Source: Eledone cirrhosa (Eukaryota). Taken from it: a stretch of 64,000 nt of DNA. Below the pieces are notes generated by a model. That model made no database searches and was not told the DNA's origin. It was given only the letters and a program-made list of their open reading frames with translations. The DNA lies in the NCBI GenBank assembly GCA_964016885.1, contig OZ024751.1, positions 53,196,001 to 53,260,000 on the forward strand. Direction: 5' to 3'. The translations under genes and the position numbers were made by a program. Shown here in pieces: positions 14,358-27,317 of the stretch; position 1 is the first letter of the stretch, and every line of letters starts with the position of its first letter.

Positions 14358-14557
14358 CTCTTATGTCCATACTTAGATATTTAATTAGTCGCATTGGGTA
14401 AATGGTCGAAATAAAACTATACTAGTCTTCGCCGATCATTTATAAAATAGCTAGTTACATTCTGAATGTAAGGCTATATTTCTTCTTCTTCTTCTTCTTC
14501 TTCTCACTAGTTGTTTTGCTCCTAGTTTTTCTGTCTTCACGATATTCTCTTGATTTA

Positions 14558-15190
14558 CTTCACATATTCTTTCTTTCGCCCCCTACAATACATTCTCAAT
14601 ATAATCTCCTCCCACCCCCTACAATACATTCTCAATATAATCTCCTCCCACCCCTACAATACATTCTCAATATAATCTCCTCCCACCCCCTACAATACAT
14701 TCTCAATATAATCTCCTCCCACCCCCTACAATACATTCTCAATATAATCTACTCCCACCCCCTACAATACATTCTCAATATAATCTCCTCCCACCCCCTA
14801 CAATACATTCTCAATATAATCTCCTCCCACCCCCTACAATACATTCTCAATATAATCTCCTCCCACCCCTACAATACATTCTCAATATAATCTCCTCCCA
14901 CCCCCTACAATACATTCTCAATATAATCTCCTCCCACCCCCTACAATACATTCTCAATATAATCTCCTCCCACCCCCTACAATACATTCTCAATATAATC
15001 TCCTCCCACCCCCTACAATACATTCTCAATATAATCTCCTCCCGCCCCCTACAATACACTCTTCACATATTCTTTCTTTCGCCCCCTACAATACATTCTC
15101 AATATAATCTCCTCCCACCCCCTACAATACATTCTCAATATAATCTCCTCCCACCCCCTACAATACATTCTCAATATAACCTCCTCCCAC
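14558..15190. repeat. 36-bp minisatellite, about 17 copies
   Basis: Unit CCCCTACAATACATTCTCAATATAATCTCCTCCCAC; leader CTTCACATATTCTTTCTTTCG recurs at 14558 and 15061. Confidence 0.95.
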
Positions 15191-16395
15191 GACAAAAGTC
15201 ACTAGGCTTAGTACAAATCATAGAGAATAGATCAATGACTAATAATACAGACTTTGATGGTATTTTATCGTTGTGTTAACTACAATGAGCTGCTAGGTAT
15301 GTTGCTATATTTTCCTGCCACCCAATCCACCCTACCTTCCTGTCCAGCGCCAGGTAGCTGTGATTAGCGTGCAAAAATCCACGTTGGTAATTAGAAACTA
15401 ATAAACAGTTATAAAGTATATATTAACTACTTTATACAAACTGTCTTGTGTCGTTAAGCAATTCTTCTGCACAACCTACAATCCTACAATTGAATAATCA
15501 AATCAATACTGTTGTTTCGTGAGTGATATCATGAAATAATTTGACACTTATAGGTACTATTGTGTGATGAGTGACCCCCGTGGAGAAGTATTTAATGAGC
15601 AAATAAGTACTGGGCTGTAAGTCGTCTCATTAATTCACAGTTTAAGTTTAGCCAGGAGTCCTTTACATTCCACTTAAATCTCTATATTAAGGGTACACAT
15701 ATTTACGGAATACTCAGTCACTTGAACGTTAATATCACGAGCAGACTGTTCCGTTGATCAAACAACTGAAACATCGTTAGAACCGACGGAGGTCCAACAC
15801 AGATATATACACACACAAAGTCTCCATAGACAATTGCTCTGCCAGTGTAGACGGGAATTCACCCACGTTTAATATACTTCTACGCACTTTCATTATTTAA
15901 AATGTTACTTTAAAATGTCAGATTGCTTGACCCCAAAGTTCTTTTAATGTTCTTTCACAACACAAATGTGACTGATGAATATTTATACAAGCTATTTAAC
16001 TTATTAGTAAACGCACTTCACAAAGCTACTTTTCTTTTTAAATAGCTTTCTTTCTTTTCAAAAAATATCAAATAATTTTTAATTTCAAATAAATTCAAAC
16101 AGCTTTATTTCAGTGTATTGTCTTTTTGATGTTCTATTATTTTGCGGCAATTTATATCAAGCTTTTAATGTTTTAGTGAAGTTAAGTAGCTTAGAGGTTA
16201 GAGTTTTGCTTACACGGTCATACGATCTTGGGTTTGATTTCCAGATGACAGCTTTTGATTTGTGCGAAATTTGGCTATTATTTCTAGCAGGTCGAGTGAC
16301 TGTGCCGAGGCCTTACTTCGTTATGTTGAAGTTAACATAATTGAACAGACCTATAATGAAAGGCATTCCTGTCCTGACCATCTCATCCTTTTGCA

Positions 16396-16460
<65 letters not shown>

Positions 16461-16607
16461 ACACTAGAGTATGATTTAGGGAACATTTCTCTACTATTTC
16501 AGTAGGTAAAATAATCATATAGACATTACTTCAGGAAGGTGGTTGGTTTAAGTATTGGTATAAAGTATGTGTGATATATAGGGGGGGGGGGGGCTGGACA
16601 TGCTTTG

Positions 16608-16669
<62 letters not shown>

Positions 16670-17940
16670 CATACATATATGAGCTCCATTATAATATATA
16701 TTAGAAAGGTGTTTCAAAATGAATGTACTTCTAATATGTACTATGTCTATTCTTGGATTGGTTGTTTCACTTGAAATCGATAATTTCTCCTAACATTTCT
16801 TGTAGAGTTCTTATTTGAGGAGGTTTTCTGTCTTGTTAGCTTGTTGCACCAATTCTTAAATAAACTTGGTTATAACAATCCCTCATTAATGACATGGATT
16901 TCCACGATGCCATGTTTGTGAAGATTGATTCTTCCTGTTCTCATCATACACACGAGACATAAAGTATATATGTATTAACTCTACCTGTTCTTATCATAGA
17001 TACGACACATATAGTATATATGTATTCTATATAACCAAACCAATGATATGAGATTTTAAATAAGTCACTTCGGTACAGCAGTCATATTTTCCCTCTCACT
17101 AATCTACACTGCTTCGGTTGGAGCCACTTATTTCAAACACTAAATCTCTGTGTCAACAAAGTAAATACTACATGTCTGACAACGAAATGATCAACTGAAC
17201 TAAGTTTTAACTAATTTCTAATCGTCATATTTGAAGTCGGTATATAAATTAAGCTATTGAAAACTGTTGATATTATATTTTATATTTAAAAAATCATATT
17301 AAAATATGATATTGAATGAAAATAAATAATTTTGATGATATTAACCATAGACATGTCAGCATATTAAGCCCCAGAGCTTCTTTAAATGTAGTAACACGTA
17401 TTTTATGGTAAGAATAAGAATTAAAAAAATACAGCCTATCGTCTAACAAAGTACTGTTTATTGGAGTTGACAGTCTTTTGGAATCTGACTTAACTAGTCA
17501 TAGTTAGTTGGTTGGTGATTCGTTACTGATGCTATATAGTTTCATCAAGCTGTATATAAATATATTTTGTTTGCCCCAGCCCGAGCGACAACACCACGTT
17601 GCGATTCTTTTAATCTCTTTCCTGATTGTAAGACAAAAGACAAGTCTCTGAAACGTTAGATTCAATATACCTCATGGAACCCTTCTGCTAACTGACTGTT
17701 ACAGACTCAGTTTCCTCAAGTTCCGAATATTACTATAAAGGGAGATACTGTTATTTGCCTCCGCCCCAAATCGTAAACTCAATAGTCCCGAAGAGAAATA
17801 GATATATACCACCACCAAATGTCTCCGGTTTAAGATATCATTCTAAAGGTTTCATACGGAGATATGATGTAATGACAGCAGCTGTTGTAGTTAATAGTAT
17901 CACAGCAATAATCAATGTGGGTTACACTAATTTTGAAATA

Positions 17941-18217
17941 CAGTGTACACCCGGCATTCGCGGTCCTGGTTATGCGTGGAAACCACCGCATATTCACGGA
18001 TTCGTAAATATCTTCCACGATTATTTTATGGCTTTTTTCGTGGCAATATATATATATTTTCACGCTTTTTAACGCTAAATTATTAATAACAATATACCGT
18101 ATTTGCTAGGCTATCCTATATTTTACGTTATATTTCGAGGTTTATAGGCATTGTTATGGACCACGTCCAATATTCGCGGTTTTTCCCTCTTCGGGTGCGA
18201 ATACCGGGGGACAACTA
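17941..18217. mobile_element. MITE, Tc1/mariner-pogo (Tigger)-like
   Basis: Imperfect TIRs CAGTGTACACCCGGCATTCGC / GCGAATACCGGGGGACAACTA, flanked by TA on both sides. Confidence 0.55.
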
Positions 18218-18719
18218 TATTTGTTTTGTCGTAAATCGTTTTTTTTTTATTGGAATGTCGCGAGGGGACACAGTCTTACTAATTATGAAGTACTTACTAG
18301 ATGACAACTAAATTTGTTTGGTTGCACTCCACTGAGCCAATGGATTGTTAGACGAAGTTAAAAGGTTACATTAGTTAAATAAGAATTTGTCATTATCTAC
18401 ATTGATATATAGAAACAGAGAAAGAAAACAAAACAACTTCAGTAGTGACAAAGAACAAAACAAAAGTCGTTGTAGGTGGAAATATTGGAGGTGTTGGTGA
18501 GTTTCTATGTTGTGCAGTTGCACTGGAAGCAACCAAGTGAGGAAATCTTTGTTTAATCGACTCCGTCATTCGATAGGTATTCAGTTTAGAAGCTACTTAT
18601 AGACTTAATAATGGTTTCACACCAATAGTCTTCCAACTACTTTCCTACATATATATATGGCCACTTTTAGAGACGTAATACTATCAATGTTCTCCTACTT
18701 CTTCTCCTACTTCTTCTCC

Positions 18720-18751
<32 letters not shown>

Positions 18752-18873
18752 CTATCTGTATAGTTTTCTCCCTACTTGTGTTTGTTAGTATGGCTATTGT
18801 TGTTGTTGTTTGTTGTTATTGTTGTTGTTTCAAATACTGGAGGATTCTGGGTAAATGTCTTGATGCACATGTC

Positions 18874-18904
<31 letters not shown>

Positions 18905-18944
18905 CTTTAGCGAAGGAGTATTATATAAAATAAAATAAAAAGAG

Positions 18945-19120
18945 AGCGGGCGGATTGATAGAATCGTTAGAGCGATGAAATAAATCACGCTTTGTGGTTT
19001 TGATTCCAGCACTTGACGTTTTGAGTTCAAATCCCAGCCAGGTAAAATTTGCTTTTGGACCTTTCGAGCACACTGAAATAAAACACCAGTCATGTACTGA
19101 GGTCGATTCTATTGACTTTC
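18945..19120 (+). mobile_element. Abundant tRNA-derived SINE (octopus-type)
   Basis: GAATCGTTAGAGCG...GAGTTCAAATCCC...TTTGCYTTT...TAAA.ACCAGT..TACTGAGGTCGAT; related copies at about 27955-28095(-), 47735-47870(-), 49455-49660(-), 50903-51047(+), 61480-61620(+). Confidence 0.65.
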
Positions 19121-19289
19121 TCTTTAACAAAGTTACTGTTTAAAAAAAAAAGTTGAATCAAGTAGGATTTGTACTCAGAACATACCGAGACAAAATCAAC
19201 TCTATAGCGTCGATAATTTGCTAGAAATAGCACTGGAGTCTCCCTCAAGTCACAGTCAAATTACTTCGGATAATGTGGCTATTATAATT

Positions 19290-19470
19290 GGTACTCCATC
19301 GGTTATGACGACGAGTGCTCCAGTTGATATGATCAACGAAACAGCATGCTCTTGAAATTAACGTGCAAGGAGCTGAGCATTCCACAGATACATGTACCCT
19401 TAACGGAATTCTCAAGGAGATCCAATCTGACACAGAATGGGATATGGCTGGATCATCGAATTACAGATAC
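19290..19470 (+). mobile_element. Interspersed SINE-like repeat
   Basis: GATCAACGAAACAG...GAAATTAACGTGCAAG..GCTGAGCATTCCACAGA..C.TGTACCC; related copies at about 15640-15795(-), 57075-57270 and 61290-61820. Confidence 0.55.
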
Positions 19471-19718
19471 AACACATTTTTGCCAGCTGAGTGGACAAGA
19501 GCAACGTGAAATAAAATGTTCTTCTCAAGAACACTACGCGCTGCCGGGAATCGAGATTACGATCTTACGATTGTGAGCCAAAATGCCGAAACCACTAGCG
19601 GCATTTATACATTGTTGGTAAATATAATAAGTAAGGGGAAGCACAACAATGCATTTCCCTCTAGATCTGTTTTTCGATAAGGGCTGGTCAACGGATAATC
19701 AACAATATCAATAAAATC

Positions 19719-19797
<79 letters not shown>

Positions 19798-19808
19798 CAC
19801 ACACACAC

Positions 19809-19853
<45 letters not shown>

Positions 19854-20018
19854 TATATATATAGTGTATTGATGTGTCACGTTTAGATACTAACAGTTCA
19901 CCAGTTTCAGAACTGAATGCTAATATTTGAGTCTAGCTGCCGGTGTGCGATTCTACGTTCGGTATTTCACCATGGTCGGTATCCTTAAGAAGCAGAGTGT
20001 TAATAATAATAACAATAT

Positions 20019-20781
20019 CTATCTAAGGCGGGTAAAATTCCCGAGATCCATGGACGAGTTCTCTCCAGCGATCTCTGTCCCTCATTATCGCTGCCATGTC
20101 CTGCGTCTCCAATAGACCAGTGTCTGTCCTTAGGGCATCAACATACGTTAACCTTGGTCTTCCTCTTCTAGTGTATCCATGTAGGGGCTCAGAGCAGGCG
20201 AGTTAGGGCGAAAAAGGTATCGGATGCTGAATTTGGCGACGACATAGTTTTGGTGACAAATACAGTGAAGAAGGCAGAGGATTTGATACGGGAGGTTGAG
20301 ACTGTGTCGATGAGTGTGGGGCTGAGAAATATCTGGTAGAGAATGTTGAGAAGCCAGAGGGGATCACTAATGTAGGCGGGAAGCCACTAGAATTGGTTGA
20401 GGGCTTCCTGTATTTGGGAGCAAAGATTGGGAATACGGAAGATGATGTGGTTGGGAGGAAGAGCAAGGCCTGGGCGGCGTGCCACAGCTTGAGATCGGTG
20501 TGGAAGTCGGACCTTCGTAGAGACCTGAAAGTCCGCCTCTTCATTGCTGTAGTGGAGTCTGTGCTGCTGTATGGGTCTGAGACTTGGACACTGACCAAGA
20601 AACTCACTCAGATGGTGGATGGGTGCTACACGAGAATGTTGAGGATGGCTCTGAACATTAATCAGTATACACTGAGGATGAAAAACTCAGAGCTGTATGG
20701 GAGCATCCCAAAAGTCAGCTCAAAAGTGACACAGAGGAGACTGAGGTTAGCTGGACATGCTCACCGACATCCAGAGTTGAC
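20019..20781 (-). mobile_element. 5'-truncated RTE-group LINE with 5' inversion and 11-bp TSD
   Basis: Minus 20191-20024 encodes the C-terminus EPLHGYTRRGRPRLTYVDALRTD...RDRWR...stop; plus 20192-20781 encodes the preceding FLYLG...LLYGSETW...RLAGH..RHPEL; direct repeat AATAACAATAT at 20008-20018 and 20782-20792. Confidence 0.85.
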
Positions 20782-20788
20782 AATAACA

Positions 20789-20862
<74 letters not shown>

Positions 20863-20913
20863 GGTAAACATATATATATATATATAGAGAGAGATTTAAC
20901 TATATATATATAC

Positions 20914-21094
20914 ATCTATATATATAAAACTGATGTTGTCTGTGTGTGTGTGTCCCCATTTTTGCAAAGTATATACAAATCCACATTTCTACTCTGTTTG
21001 ACTTCAAACTTACATTTATATATTCCTTGCGGTCTAAAGATATTAACTGCAGCTTTTATTTTTCAATTTTCTGTTGTTAAAGAGGTGTTAGGCG
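20914..21094 (+). mobile_element. 5' part of a non-autonomous Helitron-like element
   Basis: Starts A|TCTATATATATAAAACTG followed by a TG repeat; cut off by the PLE fragment at 21095. Confidence 0.35.
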
Positions 21095-21366
21095 CCGGTT
21101 ATCGATCTCCGTCGCGCTCTTATAATATCTGTCTGTATGCCTGACTGTCTGCATTACGACATTCTGGCGAACATTGATAACGTATTGTGTTCGCTATTAT
21201 CCATTCATTGCCAGGAAACGTCTTCACGAACCAAAGTATCGTCTTCCTGTTTTCCTTCGGTTGCAACGTTTTTCGAAATATTTACTTCTGCGTTCACAGA
21301 TTGATGTTTTTAGTTTCAGAAGATCCAGCTAAGGGTAAAAGCAACGAATCTTTGCTTAAACTTTAA
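21095..21366 (+). mobile_element. PLE 3' terminal fragment (inverted duplicate at 25320-25591)
   Basis: Similar to 36790-36950; carries the CAGAAGA hammerhead variant with GAAA changed to AAAA. Confidence 0.7.
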
Positions 21367-21438
21367 TCTATATATGTATATATATAAAACTGAGGAAGGA
21401 TGTATGTATGTATGTATGTATGTATGTATGTATGTATC

Positions 21439-21994
21439 CATGGTCGGGTCGTTGGCGACTAAACTGACAACCCCACCAAGGTTTCTTGGTGAGGAGGGTG
21501 ACTTTGGACATCCTGCAGGACTAAAAACAAAACCTGTCAAAGGGCAAAGGAGCTCTTAAGAGTCAATGGCCATCCAAAATCACCGGGAGAGATGACCCCT
21601 TAGCCTTTGTCAAGGCAGAATTCTAGGAGAAGGAAAACTCTGATATAACACCTGCAACCCTGATGGTATCCAATGATGTTGACTTGTTATTCTTTTTGGT
21701 AAATATCATCTTGGTTAAGAGAGTGGGACTGGCTTTGTGCAGTGCCTTTGCTCACTATAAAAGCTTCACAGCACAGGCATTGCTTTACATCTGGAGATCT
21801 CTCTGCAGTTGTCGTCACATGGTACCATGGGCCCAGCACAATGTGTCAATAATTGTCACAAGTGTAGTGTTTGTACCAGAGTTTTCAAGTCACTGGCTGA
21901 GACTAAAAAGTCACACTCGTTCAGCGCATCGGTAGGGGTTCTCCTACATGGATATAAAGTAGTGGCCGTACTCGAAAACGAGTTGGCAGCCACC
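21439..21994 (+). mobile_element. Non-autonomous bipartite RTE derivative, copy 1
   Basis: RTE-type 5' UTR motif CTAGGAGAAGGAAAACTCTGA fused to a terminal C2H2 remnant and the RTE-like 3' end GGCCGTACTCGAAAACGAG..GGCAGCCA, then (TGTA)n. Confidence 0.8.
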
Positions 21995-22140
21995 ATGTAT
22001 GTATGTATGTATGTATGTATGTATGTATGTATGTATGTATGTATGCATGTATGTATGCATGCATGTATGTATGTATGTATGTATGTATGTATGTATGTAT
22101 GTATGTATGTATGTATGTATGCATGTATGTATATATGTAT

Positions 22141-22787
22141 GTTATCTCTTTCTCTTAATTTCGAGTATATTTTTTTGACCGGCCACCTTCCTGGTGGCAA
22201 GGTTGTAAAAGAAAAGAAATTGTCATCCCTTGAATCGCAAGAATGTTTTGCAAATTTTGAAGGTGCCAGCTATCGCAGCCACCTGTAGACCATGAACTAG
22301 GGAGCCGCGCCCTTTGTCCGCAAATCCAAGTTCAGTCATACTTTGGTCCAAGCGGGTTGGTATATAACCCGTAGCTCCAATAATGATGGGTATGAAGCTA
22401 AAGGCGCATCTTGGATACCGGATCTGTAAACTCCTCATCAATGGTCCGTAGATGTCCTCCTTCTCCTGTATTTTTCTGACAACGTTTACATCAAGTGGGA
22501 AGCTGATCTCCACAACAGAACATGTTTTCAATGTGTGGTCCCAAATAACAATACCAGGCCGGCTGTGCTTCAATTCGGTGGCAGATTTTACTTTCAGGCT
22601 CCACCAGCACTCCCCAGTGCCATCTGTCTCAATATACCCCTCCTCGTCTGTTGTTAATCTCGTTTTCCGAAGTGCGTTCCAGACGGGGAGGCAGCAGCGA
22701 GATGACATTCCTTCACAGCCGGCAACAATGTGGCTTACATCCTCGATCTTTGTTTCACATAGCCTACATTTATTGTCAGCTGCTGGC
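22141..22787 (-). pseudogene. R4/Dong-clade retrotransposon 3' end (CCHC + RLE), inverted duplicate of 24455-25128
   Basis: Near-identical reverse complement with a 27-nt deletion between two CCGT motifs. Confidence 0.9.
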
Positions 22788-25128
22788 TAAAAGAACTGGA
22801 ACAGGACTACTGCCAACATGTCCAGATAAAACAATATGACATAGATGGGTCAATACTGGAAACAGCTCTACAGAAAATGTCGAATAGGAAATCGCCAGGC
22901 CCAGACCTCATTACAGGATACTGGTTGAAGAATTTCACTTTCTATCGGCAAGATCTCATACGGCTGTTTACAGAAACCATTAAAGGCACACAAGAACTGC
23001 CCAGATGGTTATCAACTGCCACTACTCTCCTCATTCCCCAAAATAGCCAAACCACCCTTGCTAAAAATTACCGCCCAGTGGCCTGTCAGGGCATCGTGTG
23101 TGAATTATATACTGGGTGCCTTGGCCTGTTCTTGCAGGATCGCTGTGCTGCCGGCGGCATCGTGGCACCTGGGCGGGCTGGTGGAGGGAGGTGTGGGGTT
23201 GCGTGGATCACCTGCTGGCTAGCAGGATGATTCGGGAAGGGACAGCAAAGAATCGCGGGGGCATGGCTGTGGTGTGGCTGGACTATCGGGGGGCATTTGA
23301 TGGTGTACCTCATGGGTGGATTGTTGGGGCTTTGCAGTTGGCTAGGGTCCCACGGCTATTGGTGGCTGCTGTTGGGCGCCTGGCGGAGAGCTGGTGCACC
23401 AATTTGGTCCTTGGAGGTGAGAGGGAGAGAGTTGGGACTGGTGGGATACATTGCCGGAGGGGCGTCTTTCGGGGTGATGGCTTGTCGGTGCTGCTCTTCG
23501 TTCTCTCACTGAGTCCACTGTCTTGCCTACTCGGGAGGCAGGGTGGAGGACGGGGGGGGGGGGCAGAAGTATCTCCCATCTTTTCTTTGTTGGTGACCTG
23601 AGGTTGTGTGGGCCAAGTGTCAATGGCGTCGGGGGACAATTGGACCTCATTGCACAATTTTTAACCGACATCAGGGTGAAATTTGGTGAGTCCAGGTGTG
23701 CATGTTTGGCAATGGGGCGTGGAAGGGCTGTGCCCTCCTCTGGGGGTCTGGGGATGGGCGGCCTGACGGTACGGCCTCTGCGGTCAGGTGGCAGCTGCGG
23801 GTGTCTTGGACGGGATGGGGGTGTCAGATGTGGTGGACCCATGGGTAGGAAGAGAGCCGGGGCTGAGTGCCTCGGAGGAGTGGGGAGGATATAGTCATCG
23901 GGGCTGTCGGCGTGCAACAAGTGCATTGCCCGCGGTACTTGTGCTGTGCCAGTTCTGGCGCCAGCGTTTGGCCTTCTGAACTGGTCGTTGCGGGAGCTGG
24001 GTGAGATGGATGTTGGAGCTCGCGGGCTTCTGAGTGTTGCTGGGAACTTTGGCATCAATGGTGGTGTGGATGGGTTATACTTCTCGCGCGGGGAGGGTGG
24101 CCGGGGTCTAGGGTCAATATTAACAACATATGAGACCCGGGTGGTGACACTGGGGCGACACCTTCGGCAACCGTCTTGCCCAGGTTTGTGAGCATGAAAG
24201 AAAAAATATCATTAGAATAGCGACTGATCTGGAGGAGAGATATGGAATAAGGCCTGAAAAAAAATTGACCAATTTACAGAGAAAGTTGTGCATGGATGTT
24301 TGGGGCGTGGGACACTGACCATGGAGGGGATGGGCCACTCAAGGAGCCTGGCATAGAGTTCCGACAGGTTTGTGACATCGCGCCTTGAGGGATATCTCTA
24401 TGCAGTGCAGGAACAGGAACTCCCTACTAGGTGTCTGCTGCGCAGGGGAGGAGGGCCAGCAGCTGACAATAAATGTAGGCTATGTGAAACAAAGATCGAG
24501 GATGTAAGCCACATTGTTGCCGGCTGTGAAGGAATGTCATCTCGCTGCTGCCTCCCCGTGGGACACGATGGGATAGCTGGAACCGTCTGGAACGCACTTC
24601 GGAAAACGAGATTAACAACAGACGAGGAGGGGTATATTGAGACAGATGGCACTGGGGAGTGCTGGTGGAGCCTGAAAGTAAAATCTGCCACCGAATTGAA
24701 GCACAGCCGGCCTGGTATTGTTATTTGGGACCACACATTGAAAACATGTTCTGTTGTGGAGATCAGCTTCCCACTTGATGTAAACGTTGTCAGAAAAATA
24801 CAGGAGAAGGAGGACATCTACGGACCATTGATGAGGAGTTTACAGATCCGGTATCCAAGATGCGCCTTTAGCTTCATACCCATCATTATTGGAGCTACGG
24901 GTTATATACCAACCCGCTTGGACCAAAGTATGACTGAACTTGGATTTGCGGACAAAGGGCGCGGCTCCCTAGTTCATGGTCTACAGGTGGCTGCGATAGC
25001 TGGCACCTTCAAAATTTGCAAAACATTCTTGCGATTCAAGGGATGACAATTTCTTTTCTTTTACAACCTTGCCACCAGGAAGGTGGCCGGTCAAAAAAAT
25101 ATACTCGAAATTAAGAGAAAGAGATAAC
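22784..25128 (+). pseudogene. R4/Dong-clade RT-CCHC-RLE region, A-to-G hypermutated and frameshifted
   Basis: KSPGPD, NYRP, WLDY..AFD.VPH, G.F.GD.LS, FFVGDL (from FFVDDL), CRLC....EDVSHIVAGC, RPGIVIWD (from RPD), VEISFP, EKEDIY; colinear with 43185-45579. Confidence 0.9.
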
Positions 25129-25648
25129 ATACATATATACATACATGCATACATACATACATACATACATACATACATACATACATACATACATACATAC
25201 ATGCATACATACATACATACATACATACATACATACATACATACATACATACATACATACATACATACATACATACATACATACATCCTTCCTCAGTTTT
25301 ATATATATACATATATAGATTAAAGTTTAAGCAAAGATTCGTTGCTTTTACCCTTAACTGGATCTTCTGAAACTAAAAACATCAATCTGTGAACGCAGAA
25401 GTAAATATTTCGAAAAACGTTGCAACCGAAGGAAAACAGGAAGACGATACTTTGGTTCGTGAAGACGTTTCCTGGCAATGAATGGATAATAGCGAACACA
25501 ATACGTTATCAATGTTCGCCAGAATGTCGTAATGCAGACAGTCAGGCATACAGACAGATATTATAAGAGCGCGACGGAGATCGATAACCGGAACATCATT
25601 GAATTGGAAAAAAAAAAAAGAAAAAAAAGAAAAAAAAAAGTAATAATA

Positions 25649-27218
25649 CAGATCTCCAGTAGCTCTCAACCTGTTCTTTTGAAGGGGTGTCGTTTACAGG
25701 GATTGAGCTTTTGCCACCGAAGCTGCGATAAACTGATTTAGGATCTCTGGCAAACAATCTATTTAGCACTTGTCGTTTATGTGCTGTTGACTTATATTTT
25801 AGTCTTTCTGTTGTAGCTGTGAGTTGTTGTTTCAACTGGTGTAATTTGGAGTTCAAAGTTTTAAATTTTGTATCTCCAAATCGTCTCTCTAACTTTTTCT
25901 TTAGGTCTTCCTGGTGTCGTGTGAAGTTGCTCTCTATGTTGCATTTCATAACGACTGCGATGTGTGAGATACTTCGTCTCTGTTTGTATCTTGATTGCGT
26001 GGTTTTAGATGTGTGTTATATGATAGCAATGTGACAGCTGAAACATATAACAAAACATTAAGCGTTTCAAATGTCGTTTCTACACCTTTAGATCGTATAG
26101 CCTTCAGATAATTGCCAGCTATTTCGTTCACCGCTTCCAATTCCAATTTAGTGGGTTCTTTACTGATTCTGGTGTTGTATGGTCTGTCACTCACATTAAG
26201 GCTGTGTATCTCTTGAAACATATCGTTCCATGTCACTTGTAGGGCGTCCACAAGTTTTTGGTGCTCTGTTTGTTCAGTAGAGTCATGAATTTCAGCCTCG
26301 TTGTTGATGTGGTGACAATTACTACTAGAGTTAGCTGACCTTTCTCGCTGTTCTTCAGTGGAAGTGGGATGGATTTCAGCAAAATTGTTGGTGAGCTGTT
26401 CACTGTTAGATTTAGCTGGCCATTCTCTTTGTCTGTCAGTGGAAGTGGGGTGGTTGTCTACAAGGGATGTATTTGTAGTATCACTCAATTCCGTTAGATG
26501 TATCAATTTACATCTAATGATACGTTTTGCCTGTTCATTTAAATGCTTTGGAGAAAAGTCTAATTCTGGGTGTTTGGAGTTCCATAAAGTTTTTAGCCTT
26601 TGCATAAAACCGAACTTTTGGGGTTCAGATTGTTTGTATGCTTCATATAATACTTTGTTAAGCTCGTAGCTCCACTGTATACAACGGTTGTAGTTGCGAT
26701 TTGGTCGAAGGAGACTTGTACTTTTTGCAATGATGAGTTCGTCTATTCACTAATATTTCGTATTTATTTTTCAAAATAGTCGATCTTCTTTAAAGGTTTC
26801 GACAAAGTTCTGTCAGAATCAAATTTAAAGTTATTCACAGCTTGGGTAATATTTCTTTTCAGTTAGTTTTTAATTCTACAACTGTGTTTTAAACGTTGTT
26901 CTTGAATCGTTTGAATCGAGAACAAAAAGAACCGTTACTTAGTATATTTCTTTATGAATGTAATATAATATAACAACGCTGTATTTATATGTTAAAGTTT
27001 ATGTATCATTCATATAAATAGGTGTTCTACAACTTATTCACAACATATTCACAGTTCAAACACTTATGTTTTTGTTTCTGAATCGAAAACGTTACTTTTA
27101 TATTTCTTTATAAATGTAATATAACAACGTTGCATTTATATGTTAAAGTGTATGTATCGTTCATATATCATAAGTGTATGTATCGTTCATATAAATAGGT
27201 GTTTTACAACACACTTAC
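25649..27218 (-). pseudogene. 5' UTR and N-terminal coding region of the same R4/Dong-clade element
   Basis: QWSYELNKVLYEAY...GFMQRLKTLW...P...HLNEQAKRI N-terminal motif; LNRLF..DPKSVYR...PSKEQVESYWRS ends about 12 codons before WLKELEQDYC at 22784 (by comparison with 43041-43220); AT-rich 5' region abuts (TATG)n. Confidence 0.75.
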
Positions 27219-27317
27219 ATGTATGTATGTATGTATGTATGTATGTATGTATGTATGTATGTATGTATGTATGTATGTATGTATGTATGTATGTATGCAT
27301 GTATGTATGTATGTATG

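Noticed and set aside
16710-16940. Non-repetitive stretch resembling a minus-strand exon (similar case at 51094-51228)
   Set aside because: Only short frames, weak splice context and no recognisable protein motif.
17612-17665. Hammerhead-like CTGATTG...GAAACGTT (also ATGAAGA...CGAAAC near 57803-57840)
   Set aside because: The cores are non-consensus and stem I is not adjacent; too degenerate to support.
23077-25000. DGR-type adenine mutagenesis, APOBEC editing or GC-rich foreign DNA as the cause of the G-rich RT
   Set aside because: Inferred changes are A-to-G only, not A-to-N, and there is no TR/VR pair. APOBEC on cDNA gives sense G-to-A, the opposite direction. Only G, not C, looks raised, and the segment is colinear with A-rich parts of the same ORF.
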